A stretch of DNA of 64,000 nucleotides from Eledone cirrhosa (GCA_964016885.1 OZ024741.1:61628001-61692000); one strand, 5' to 3'. Numbered from the stretch's first letter, positions 39,563-50,524 are shown. Program-made: numbers and translations. Notes: generated by a model not told the origin, from the sequence alone.

Positions 39563-39570
<8 letters not shown>
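39431..39570. repeat. Inverted repeat with ~68-bp arms containing the 3' half of a hammerhead
   Basis: Axis near 39500, a few mismatches. GAAA-CGGC-ttgagctct-GCCG-TC-ggggtcatac reads outward in each arm. Confidence 0.9.
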
Positions 39571-39622
<52 letters not shown>

Positions 39623-39983
39623 ATATGGGTGAGAAGAATACTGCTGGTTGCACATGGATAACATGTTATAAAATGAGTCCCTCATCAGTGATTTACCAAA
39701 CGATCATGGGTATTTCATCGCATTAAAAATCATATACCTCACGTTGGTGCAATAATAACTAAATATATATATATATATAAACATATATATATAGATAGAC
39801 ACACACACAGATATACATATATTGGTTTCCATCGGTTTTATGGTGTGGCTGAAAAGGTTAGAACTCACTGTGGCCTTGAAGAGATGTTTTCAGTGAGATT
39901 AGATGGTGAGTCCTACAGTTTTTGTGACAGGTGCTCATCACATAAGGTTTCCTCAAAGAATCTCCCCAAGTTACAGAGTCACT

Positions 39984-40020
<37 letters not shown>

Positions 40021-40430
40021 ATGTACATTGAACAATGAAACTAAAACAAAAATCAGAGATAGATAGTTAATTAGTTCATTGTTTTATGAACGTTTCAGAG
40101 GTTTGATTGATCATGGTAGATTGATATATATATTAATTAGGAAAAGAGGTGCGAGTAGTAAACATATAATAGTGTGTATAAAAACAACAAGGATAGCATA
40201 TATAAATATATATCATGTTGGATATTAAGTTCCCTTTAAGAGTTATATAAGTAGCGGATGGAATTACATGTATGCACCAGTTGACCTATTTTGGCCACTT
40301 GCAACACTCTGACCAGAGGGTCATCAATAAGATTGCTGTTCTGTGTAGTCAGATTTATTGGCAGGTAGGTAGATGGATAGACAAATACATTTGCAGATAC
40401 ATAAACTAAAGAAATGATAAACACCTTTAA

Positions 40431-40651
40431 CCCTTTAGCATTTAAACTGGCTACGTCAGGCCATCATTCTCTCACTTCTTTCTGTTCAAACTGCCCATAA
40501 CCAGCCACTCATACTGATGTTAAGGTATTGTTCTCAAAATAAATAATATCAAAATCTCATAGACTCGATATTATGTGAGATAATTATGTGAGGTAAAGCC
40601 TTTACTGTGAAAATACAGTCGTAAATATGGAGTAATGTAAATACTAAAGGG
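40431..40651. mobile_element. piggyBac-type MITE
   Basis: TTAA|CCCTTTAGCATTTA...TAAATACTAAAGGG|TTAA. Homologous to 10969-11184. Confidence 0.8.
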
Positions 40652-41040
40652 TTAAGAAATGGGGCTTCCTGGTGATAATCAAGATTATTTTATCTAAATT
40701 CTTTAACTGGCCTTTATTAGTATTAGTGGTTTACCAATTGGCATAGAGAGGGTACTTACCCCAAACTATATATATCATTTCTGGCAGACATGTACAGGAT
40801 AATAAATTCCCACATTGGCAGAAGTTTCCCCCTCCCCCATTGATATTGCTGCCACCTTCTCTCACACACACACACTCACACACACATATATAGTAGTAAT
40901 AATAAATCAAATGATCAAAACCAAGAGAGGGCACAATATGGGTTGTATATATTATTAGCACAGATTTAAAGTTTAAGCAAACAATTTCTGGAATTGAGAT
41001 ATATCGATCCATTGATGCAGATATATATATATATATATAT

Positions 41041-41071
<31 letters not shown>

Positions 41072-41567
41072 CCGTTTTACGTCCGTTCTTCCACGCTAGC
41101 ATGGGTTAGACGGGTTGTCCTGTTGTGGGCAGTGTCTGGTCGGCTGACCATGCCTTGCTTATACAGGAACTGATTTTGCTTGATTTCTACAGCTGGATGC
41201 CCTTCCTAACACCAATCTCCTTTACAGTGAGTGCTGGGTGCTTTTTCGTGGCACCTACATGTCCACTTTACAGTGTGGGCTGGGTGCTTTTTTGCCGTGG
41301 CACCTCCACGACCACCTTGCAGTGGGAGGGTGTGGGGCATATTGTCTATATGCTTCAGCTTGTACCCATGGGAGGTCGGGTACTCTGTATTACTGCGTGA
41401 CGCCAGAGGTCACGGTCGTGTGTCATCGCCTTTGAGAGGTGTAATTGGGTAAGGTCGGTTTTTATCACCTCATCCCAGGTCATCTTGGATCTCCCCACTC
41501 CGCGGTTTCCATCGACTTCTAGTGCTCTGCACCTTTTTATGCAGCCGTCATCCTTCATACGCATCAC

Positions 41568-41570
<3 letters not shown>
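41041..41570 (-). mobile_element. 5'-truncated young RTE LINE (3' end)
   Basis: Reverse complement of 44968-45485 with few differences, including the (GAT)n tail. Confidence 0.95.
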
Positions 41571-41602
<32 letters not shown>

Positions 41603-42109
41603 CCATTTACATTATGTTGTTTACCAATGGGTAGAACTGGTGATTCCAGTTAGTAAACAATGATGCATTCAGTTAATGCAGACGATGATATAAAAAAATC
41701 ATCCATCGAAGATGTGGTATCCCGTGGTTAGTCCAGTTAAATATTCATTAAAAACAACAGAAGGCTGGACTGAAAACGTGTTAAAATTTTAATTCTGCGA
41801 AGGCAGTATAAATATATCAAAATTTTATCAATAACCCTAATCAATTTGTTCACTTATTGCCACCATACTACTAAATCTATATGAGTATACTCTGTTTCTG
41901 TAATCAATTTCAGTTATCATTGAGTAAGATAGTGTATGCCATGGAGGTACAATGCGTCATGTGGTAGTGGGATTTCCTAAGTCTGTTGATATATATATAT
42001 ATACACATACACATATAGGTATATAAATACGTACATATATGCTTCTGTGTGTGTGATATATATGCAAATATGTATGTATATGTGTATGATATATATGTGC
42101 ATACTGAAC

Positions 42110-42438
42110 ATTAATCAGTATACACTGAGGATGAAAAACTCAGAGCTGTATGGGAGCATCCCAAAAGTCAGCTCAAAAGTGAAACAGAGGAGACTGAGGT
42201 TGGCTGGACATGCTCACCGACATCCAGAGTTGACATTGCACTCAGTGCTCCTTTGGGAGCCCCTACATGGACACACTAGATGAGGAAGACCAAGGTTAAC
42301 ATATGTTGATGCCCTAAGGACAGGCACTGGTCTGTTGGAGATGCAGGATATGGCAGCGATAATGAGGGACAGAGACCGCTGGAGAGAACTCGTCCATGGA
42401 TCTCGGGAATTTTACCCGCCTTAGATAGATAGATAGAT
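42110..42438 (+). mobile_element. 3' end of a second LINE family with a (TAGA)n tail
   Basis: NSELYG..KQRRLRLAGH..VLLWEP..GRPRLTYVD. Related piece at about 55345-55540. Confidence 0.85.
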
Positions 42439-42440
42439 AT

Positions 42441-45182
42441 ATGTGCATAATATCAGCTTACGCACCCCAATCGGGGCTGCCAGACGAACTTAAGGATAGG
42501 TTTTACGAGTCCCTAATACACACTACTGCTCTAACAGACGACAAGGACTTCCTAATCATTGCAGGAGATTTTAACGGACACGTAGGTAAACACTGCGACG
42601 GCTTCAATAGAGTACATGGAGGCCATGGAGTTGGCACAAGGAATGAGGAAGGATTCAGACTTCTAGAATTCTGTGACGCCAATGACATGTCGATATGTAA
42701 CACAAACTTTAAAAAACCCGACAACCACCTGATCACCTATAGATCAGGGGAGCACTCTAGTCAGTTAGATTTTATCCTCATCAGAGGACGTGACAGATGG
42801 ACGGTCGTAAACACAAAAGCCTTCCCTAGTGAGGAATGTACATCGCAACATAGCTTAGTTGTCAGCGACCTCACGGTCAGAACTAGACGAGCCCTGAAAC
42901 AGAGGCCAACCTGGAGAAGAAAGATCTGGAAGCTGAAAGTCCCCTCAACCAGTAACAGATTTAAAGATATTTTACTCAACGCCTACGACAGTAAAGAAGA
43001 ACAGATAGAGACATTTAACGTAGAAGAGAACTGGGAGTTCCTAAAAAATAACTTACTAGAGGCGACGGATGAGGTTTGTGGCTGGAGTAAGACCTCAAGC
43101 AGGAGGAGAGTGACTTGGTGGTGGAACAATAAGGTAGATGAAGCAGTCAAGGCCAAGAGACAGGCATGGAAAGAATGGAAGAACGGGGGGAGCAGGGTAC
43201 ATTACATAGAGACCAAGAGGGAAGCTAGGCGACAAGTATACTTAGCTAGGAGGGAAGCAGAGGATAGAAAATTCAAGCATGTCTTACAACGTGAGGACCA
43301 GAAACAGGAGGTATTCAAGATTGCGAGGCAGTGTGTCAGAGATAGTTGTGATATCATTGGAGAGAAGTGTATCCGGAATGATAAAGGTGAGCTTGCCCTC
43401 ACAAGTGCTGAGAAGAAAGATGCATGGAAGAGTCATTATGATAGATTACTAAATGAGGAGAATGCATGGGAAGAAGAGACCCTACCCCACGTAGACCCTA
43501 TAGAGGGACCAGCAGTACAAGTCAGCGGCAGCGTAGTAAGTAAGGCAATCAGAGATATGAAGATAGGGAAGGCAACCGGTCCATCGGGTATAGCTGCCGA
43601 GATGCTGAAGGCATCTGGGTCTGTAGGTCACACTATAACCACACGTATCGTTAACCAGGTAATACTAGAGGGGGCCATACCAAAAGATTGGTGCAGTAGC
43701 ATCATTGTCAACTGCTACAAAGGTAAAGGCGATGCACTAGATAGAGGAAACTATAGAGGTATAAAGTTGATGGACCAGGTCATGAAAGTAACAGAAAGAG
43801 TTATAGCACAGCTGATTAGGGACCGGGTGAATATAGACGAGATGCAATTTGGGTTTGTACCAGGGAAAGGCACCACTGATGCCCTCTTCCTTGTGAGGCA
43901 ATTACAGGAAAAGTACCTAGCTAAAAGTAAGCCACTCTACTTGGCATTTGTCGACCTTGAGAAAGCCTTTGACAGAGTTCCACGTGCAGTAATCTGGTGG
44001 GCTCTTAGAAAACTAGGAGTAGATGAATGGCTTGTGAAAGCGGTACAAGCCATGTATAGGGGAGCAGTCAGCAAAGTTAGGATTGGCAATGAGTATAGCG
44101 AGGAATTTAGCGTACAGGTTGGGGTCCACCAGGGCTCTGTTCTTAGCCCTCTCCTGTTCATCATAGTCCTGCAGGCAATAACGGAGGAGTTTAAGACCGG
44201 ATGCCCATGGGAACTCCTGTATGCTGATGACCTCGCACTCATAGCTGAATCTATGGTAGAACTAGAGAATAAATTCCAAACCTGGAAGCAGGGACTAGAG
44301 AGAAAGGGCCTCAAAGTCAACATGACAAAGACTAAGGTCCTTATAAGTAGACGAGAAAACAGAACCCAGATCCCCTCAGGGAAATGGCCTTGCTCAGTAT
44401 GTAGGAAAGGTGTAGGTAGGAACTCCATTCTCTGCCCCAAATGCAAACAATGGGTACACAAGAGATGTAGCGGGATCTCAGGAAGCTTAATTAAGAATGT
44501 AGGATTCACATGCAGCAGCTGTGCTGAAACAGCAAGCAAACAGCCATTGGAAACAAGTACCACCAATCTCTGGGAGGGCCCTGTAGAAACAGTAGACAGC
44601 TTCTGCTACCTAGGTGACCGAATTAGCAACGGAGGTGGGTGCTCAGAAAGTACAATAACTAGGGTAAGAACGGGATGGAAGAAGTTTAGGGAACTACTAC
44701 CACTGCTAGCTGCAAAAGGCTTCTCCCTCAGAATGAAAGGCAGACTGTATGATGCGTGTATCCGAACAGCGATGTTGCATGGTAGTGAGACCTGGGCGCT
44801 GAAGGTGGAAGACTTACGTAGATTAGAGAGAAACGAAGCCTGCATGCTCCGATGGATGTGTAACAGTAATATACGTGAACGACAAAGCATAAAGGAATTG
44901 AGAGAGAGACTGAGCATAAGAGGAATCAAATGCTGCGTGCAGGAGAGGCGGTTACGCTGGTATGGACATGTGATGCGTATGAAGGATGACAGCTGCATAA
45001 AAAGGTGCAGAGCACTAGAAGTTGATGGAAACCGCGGAGTGGGGAGACCCAAGATGACTTGGGATGAGGTGATAAAAGCCGACCTTACCCAACTACACCT
45101 CTCAAAGTCAATGACACACGACCGTGACTTCTGGCGTCACGCAGTAATACAGGGTACCCGACCTCCCATGGGTACATGCTGA
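42441..45182 (+). CDS. RTE LINE ORF: partial AP endonuclease, reverse transcriptase and PHD-like Cys finger (913 aa, uninterrupted, 5'-truncated)
   Basis: SAYAPQ, GDFNGHVG, QLDFIL, SQHSLV; NYRGIKL, QFGF, FVDLEKAFD, GVHQGSVLSP, YADD, FCYLG, RRLRWYGHV. Confidence 0.97.
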   Translation: MCIISAYAPQSGLPDELKDRFYESLIHTTALTDDKDFLIIAGDFNGHVGKHCDGFNRVHGGHGVGTRNEEGFRLLEFCDANDMSICNTNFKKPDNHLITYRSGEHSSQLDFILIRGRDRWTVVNTKAFPSEECTSQHSLVVSDLTVRTRRALKQRPTWRRKIWKLKVPSTSNRFKDILLNAYDSKEEQIETFNVEENWEFLKNNLLEATDEVCGWSKTSSRRRVTWWWNNKVDEAVKAKRQAWKEWKNGGSRVHYIETKREARRQVYLARREAEDRKFKHVLQREDQKQEVFKIARQCVRDSCDIIGEKCIRNDKGELALTSAEKKDAWKSHYDRLLNEENAWEEETLPHVDPIEGPAVQVSGSVVSKAIRDMKIGKATGPSGIAAEMLKASGSVGHTITTRIVNQVILEGAIPKDWCSSIIVNCYKGKGDALDRGNYRGIKLMDQVMKVTERVIAQLIRDRVNIDEMQFGFVPGKGTTDALFLVRQLQEKYLAKSKPLYLAFVDLEKAFDRVPRAVIWWALRKLGVDEWLVKAVQAMYRGAVSKVRIGNEYSEEFSVQVGVHQGSVLSPLLFIIVLQAITEEFKTGCPWELLYADDLALIAESMVELENKFQTWKQGLERKGLKVNMTKTKVLISRRENRTQIPSGKWPCSVCRKGVGRNSILCPKCKQWVHKRCSGISGSLIKNVGFTCSSCAETASKQPLETSTTNLWEGPVETVDSFCYLGDRISNGGGCSESTITRVRTGWKKFRELLPLLAAKGFSLRMKGRLYDACIRTAMLHGSETWALKVEDLRRLERNEACMLRWMCNSNIRERQSIKELRERLSIRGIKCCVQERRLRWYGHVMRMKDDSCIKRCRALEVDGNRGVGRPKMTWDEVIKADLTQLHLSKSMTHDRDFWRHAVIQGTRPPMGTC

Positions 45183-45485
45183 AGCATATAAACAATATGC
45201 CCCCCCCCCCACCGCAAGGTGGTCGTGGAGGTGCCACGGCAAAAAAGCACCCAGCCCACACTGTAAAGTGGATGTGTAGGCGCCACGAAAAAGCACCCAG
45301 CACTCACTGTAAATGAGGTTGGTGTTAGGAAGGGCATCCAGCTGTAGAAATCAAGCCAGATCAGTTCCTGTATGAGCAAGGCATGGTCAGCCGACCAGAC
45401 ACTGCGCCCACAACAGGACAACCCGTCTAACCCATGCTAGCGTGGAAGAACGGACGTAAAACGGTGATGATGATGATGATGATGA
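42444..45485 (+). mobile_element. Young RTE LINE including 3' UTR and (GAT)n tail
   Basis: The ORF above, a UTR with ~45-bp sub-repeats (aagcacccagc..actgtaaa), and a gatgatgat tail. Confidence 0.95.
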
Positions 45486-45511
45486 TATATATATGTGCAT
45501 CAATATATATA

Positions 45512-45865
45512 TGGAGGCACATGGCTTAGTGGTTAGAGCATTGGCCTTGCAATCGAAAGGTTGTGAGTTCAATTCTCAGACCGGGTGATGTGTTGTTTCC
45601 TTGAGTGTTGTTTCCAAGACACTTTATTTCACATTGCTCCAGTTTACTCAGCTGTAGAAATGAGATGATAGGGACTGGGGTCCATATCATTCCACTGCAA
45701 AGTGGTCGTGTAGGTGCCACGGCAAAAAAGCACCCAGCACTCACTGTAAATGAGGTTGGTGTTAGGAAGGGCATCCAGCTGTAGAAATCAAGCCAGAATC
45801 AGTTCCCGTCCCACTCTTGCAAGCAGGGGAAAAGTGGACATAAATGAAATGCATGAATGAAATGA
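45512..45865 (+). mobile_element. tRNA-derived SINE (family C) with RTE-derived tail
   Basis: A box tggcttagtgg and B box gagttcaattc. 45700-45805 matches the RTE UTR at 45215-45370. A truncated copy lies at about 47690-47975(-). Confidence 0.85.
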
Positions 45866-46646
45866 TATAGTTCTCTCTAAAAACATATGCTTAGGAAAAG
45901 GGAGCATTCAGAAAATAAATGTGAATATAAAAAAGGTTAAAACAGGGAAGAATCTGAAATTTCCTCACATGACAGTGCAGCAGGATAAAATAGAACATTT
46001 TCAGTCTTAGTAAATGGGCTGCCACATCAATAGTCTCTTTAGAAATTCTGAAAGAGCCTACAATCATCATCATCATTCTACATCCATTTTTTCTATGCTT
46101 GCATGGGTTGAACAGGTCTTCCTAAATACACCCTCTCTCAACTCAGAGCGTTCCTTCTTAAGCTCCAGCATATTGCGATCAGCTTTACCTTTGCCCAACT
46201 TTTTCTTTATCTTCCTCTACTGCATCTTCTACTCACTGGCATCCGCTGGCAGTTTTTCACCCATCATTCATCATCCATTAAGAAACTGAACTCACAATTT
46301 AAGGAAAAGGAATATAAAAGTCACACTTGTTGATTTTCTAAAGTTGAATATGACCATGGAAATAGAGAGTGTTGTTAGATATTTGAACTGGTTGCATGAT
46401 TTGTGTCGGAACTAAATAATGTTAGAAAGAAACTGTAATGGCAAAGAGCTGACAAAGAAGCATGCCACAGTGTTTTTGCCAGTGCTAAGAAATTCCAAGA
46501 TATTTGTGATATTCTATAGAATTTATTTATAACATATATTACAGGAAAGGAAACGCGGATATTGGGATATGAATATCATTTAGAAGAATATGTTCACAAA
46601 ATATCAAAATGTTTGTATTTTTCTCTCGTAATAATTTGTGTGTGCA

Positions 46647-46683
<37 letters not shown>

Positions 46684-46904
46684 CATATATTCTGATATAT
46701 ATATATATAAATAGGAGATACTTGAACCAGAATAGACACGGTCCTGAGATCAAACAACACCAAGACTTCCTCCTGCAGTTATTTACACAATATTTTGACA
46801 CTAAGCTTATTATTACGTCTCACTGTTTCTAACCCTTTATATATATAGCTGAAATTTCAAATATAGCCATCTCTACACAAATGGTCACAATAATAATCAA
46901 CTCC

Positions 46905-46995
<91 letters not shown>

Positions 46996-47286
46996 AAAAT
47001 TTCTTTTCACTCTAACATCATGATTATCTAAATGTATTTGTGAGTGAATAATGATAATAATAATAATATTGTAATAATTGTTTCTACTTTTGGCACAAGG
47101 CCAGCAATTATCCCAGTGTATTACTGGTGCTTTATTTTATCGACCCTATAGGGATGAAAGGCAAAGTTAACTTTGGAGGGATTTGAACTGAGATATTATA
47201 TTATTATTAATACTCGGTTTGCAAACAGCCTCATTAACACCATGTGTGTTTTCTAGGTATGGAAAGTAGGCTAACGAGCAGATGTT

Positions 47287-47472
47287 GGATTGGCAGTATC
47301 GGTAGTGTGTTAGATGCCATGCTTTGCAGCAAAGAGTTACGGGCCTTTATGATCTAAGTTCAAATCCTGCCGAGGTTAACTTTGCCTTTCATCCTTACGG
47401 GGTCAATAAAATAAAGTACCAGTAATGCACTGGGTAATTGCTGGCCTTGTGCCAAAAGTAGAAACAATTATA
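47287..47472 (+). mobile_element. Family A SINE (inverted partner at 47077-47192)
   Basis: ggattggcagtatcggtag..gttcaaatcctgccgaggttaactttgcctttcatcc..gtagaaacaatta. Confidence 0.85.
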
Positions 47473-48307
47473 TTTGAGAATAGTATATATTCTCAGCAGT
47501 TCTAGCATAACAACAACTCCAAAACAATTGCCGACTCTTTTCTCTCAGCTCCCACTGGAACAAAAAGACGATGTTGGTCATCTAGAAAACATAAATGATG
47601 TTAATGAGGCTGTTTGCTTGCAAATAAACCGAATAATATTATATTATTATTATTATTCACTCGCGAATACATGTATATATATACACATCATTTCATTTTC
47701 ATCATTCCATTTTACGTCCGCTTTTCCCTGCTTGCAAGGCTGGAACGGGAACTGATGCTGGCTTGATTTCTACAGCTGGATGCCCTTCCTAACACCAACC
47801 TCATTTACAGTGAGTGCTGGGTGCTTTTTTGCTATGGCACCTCCATGACCACTTTGCAGTGGAATGATAAGGACCCCAGTCCCTATCATCTCATTTCTAC
47901 AGCTGAATAAACTGGAGCAATATGAAATAAAGTGTCTTGCTTAAGGAAACAACACATCACTTAAGGAAACATCACATATATATATATATAGTCAGCTTAA
48001 TGACTAGTGAACAGGTCATTCATTTTGGCAATTGTTCATTTCTCAAAATAGTTGATGCTGTTAGCTTTACTTACATTTTTATTGCCTATTTTGACGACTG
48101 ACCAAATACAGAAATAAATGACCAGTTCACTAGTCTGACCCCTCTAAATGATAACCTGTACTTTTTGAGAAGTATGAGCTGATAAACCATGGAATGCCCT
48201 AAGTATCAACAGAGTAAAAATAATGATATTTAAATTATATGTTTTGATAATCACCATGGTGTGAGTTGTACATAATGATATTGTACTTGATTCCATATAC
48301 ATATATA

Positions 48308-48330
48308 TCATATATATATAACACTGACAT

Positions 48331-48361
<31 letters not shown>

Positions 48362-48841
48362 CCTAATTTTTGCAAAGTCTATACAAATCCACATTTCTAC
48401 TCCGATTGACTTCAAACTTGCATTTAAATATTACTTGTGGTCTAAAGATATTAACTTTTATTTTTCAATTTTCTGTTGTTAAAGGCATGTTAGGCGCTGG
48501 TTAGCGATCTCTCTCTCTCTTTCTTAGTCTGTCTTTTTAGATAGATACATAGCTGTAACGTCACGCCATTATAATATCTGCCTGTATGTCTGACTGTCTG
48601 CATTACAACATTATGAAAACATTGTTCTCATTGCTGACGTATTATCTTCGCTATTTTCCATTCATTGCCAGGAAACGTCTTCACGAACCAAAGTACCGTC
48701 TTCCTTTTTTCCTTCGGTTGCAACGTTTTTCGAAATATTTACTTCTGCATTCACAGATTGATTTTTTTAGTTTCAGAAGATCCCGTTAAAGATGAAAGCA
48801 GCGATTCTTTGCTTAAATTTAAATCTGTTATTTTATTATGT

Positions 48842-48885
<44 letters not shown>

Positions 48886-49806
48886 TATATTCGTGTACAG
48901 ATATTTTTGCATACACAAAAACAAAATATAAACAAACGTATTTATTTCACGAAAGCACAGACGGCTTATCGTCATTGTTACTGCTGATATGCCACCCAAA
49001 AAGTCCCACTACTTTTGGCACAAGGCCAGCAATTACATAGTCAACGGTTCGAAAATCACACGTATCACTGACGAGTTTACTTCTTACTCTACAAGTTAGT
49101 CTTAGTGTACTTCGTCCTGCTTTTAGGTCATGCCTTAAAGGAAGAGATACTCCATTGGCCGAAATACTGTGAAAGCGGCAAGAAAAAGAACAAGGCGGGC
49201 AAACGAATCGTCAGTGGAATCTGCTATTCGACAGTCGCAAGATGCTGAACGTACTGCCACCAGAAGAGCACTTGAAACAGACAACCAACGAACTATTTGC
49301 CGAACCATGTCAGCTTTGCAATGTCTATCAACAAATCCCAGGGTCAGACCCTAGCTGTTGCTGGTCTTCTTTTGGAAGAGTCATGTTTTTCACATGGGCA
49401 ACAATACGTTGGCTGTTCAAGAGTGGGAAACAAGACAAATCTCTTTGCATATGCCCAACATGGAAGAACAAGGAACATTGTGTACAAGGAGGTGCTACAA
49501 TCATTGTTTAAGTAGACGAGGCAGAAGGGGATATACACGATTGGCTGAAGAAGGACGAGACTGTGTTAGTAGTATGACCAATGGCTGCTATCACACCAAC
49601 AGCAGCATAAACAACAACAAAAAAGAGAGGGAACGCAATTTCATGCTTTTGAAAAATTTTAATGGAAAATTATTTGCCTAAGCACAAAATGTAGACACCA
49701 TCCCCAGGCCGAGGAATTCCATACTTCTCTGTACTGTTTCAAAAAGGAAGGATAAACATGCCAATCTATGTTTAGAAGCCCGAGCAATGCCGGGCCATTT
49801 TGCTAG
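48308..49806 (+). mobile_element. Internally deleted Helitron
   Basis: Pif1 helicase C-terminal motifs FAMSINKSQGQT, CFSHGQQYVGCSRV and TRNIVYKEVL (49297-49515). 3' hairpin cccgagcaatgccggg followed by CTAG|T at 49803-49807. The 5' boundary is approximate. Confidence 0.85.
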
Positions 49807-49854
49807 TATATCATATAGTCATGTGTTTACATTAATTCGAGTGAAGAATGAACA

Positions 49855-50108
49855 CATATATAGGCATTTTCTGTTTTAATTACAACCATGTGTTGATACA
49901 TGAAAAATTTAGTTAATACAAAGGCAGGATTAAGTTTTAAAGTGTATTGTTAATTAGACATATATATATGTCCGATTAACAATACACTTTAAAACTTAAT
50001 ACTGGTATAAATACAGTGATTTAATATTAATCACCCTGCCTTTGTATTAACTACATTTTTCATGTATCAACACATGGTTGTAATTAAAACAGAAAATGCT
50101 TATATATG
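49855..50108. repeat. Nested inverted repeat centred on (TA)n
   Basis: Outer arms 49855-49928 and 50035-50108; inner arms 49929-49960 and 49969-50000; 34-nt insert in the right arm. Confidence 0.9.
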
Positions 50109-50280
50109 AATAAATTTAACTCGAAAGTAGAGTTTTGAAACGCGAGTGTATAGGAATCTCATGAAAAATGGGAGAACTCGGTGTATGGAAGCTGTTAGAA
50201 CAGCAAAATACTGTCGAAACGGTGTTAGGTAAAATATTACCTCAAGGACAGAGCTCAATCGCTAGATGTGAGTTGGCTCG

Positions 50281-50458
50281 AAGGAAGAGAAGATAAGAAG
50301 GAGGAAAAAGAATGGATGAAAGCGGATAGGTCACAAACATTAATATACACTCATCAGGTCTTAATCTCCAACTGTTGGAGGTTGAGACCCGATGAGTGTA
50401 TATTAATGTTTGTGGCCTATCTGCTTTCATCCATTCTTTTTCCTCCTTCCTATCTTTT

Positions 50459-50462
<4 letters not shown>
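50281..50462. repeat. Diverged palindrome with ~90-bp arms
   Basis: Axis at ctccaac-t-gttggag (about 50374). C(T/C)GATGAgtgtata reads outward in both arms. Confidence 0.9.

Positions 50463-50523
<61 letters not shown>

Positions 50524-50524
<1 letters not shown>

Noticed and set aside
41615-41795. Hairpin cluster with agtccag/ctggact-GAAA-acgtgt-TA resembling a hammerhead 3' half
   Set aside because: No CTGANGA box or stem I at the required position.
42503-45052. Minus-strand ORFs up to 209 aa opposite the RTE ORF
   Set aside because: Antisense shadows of the RT coding sequence with no independent motifs.
45512-45585. tRNA gene
   Set aside because: A and B boxes are present but there is no complete cloverleaf, and it continues into a SINE body.
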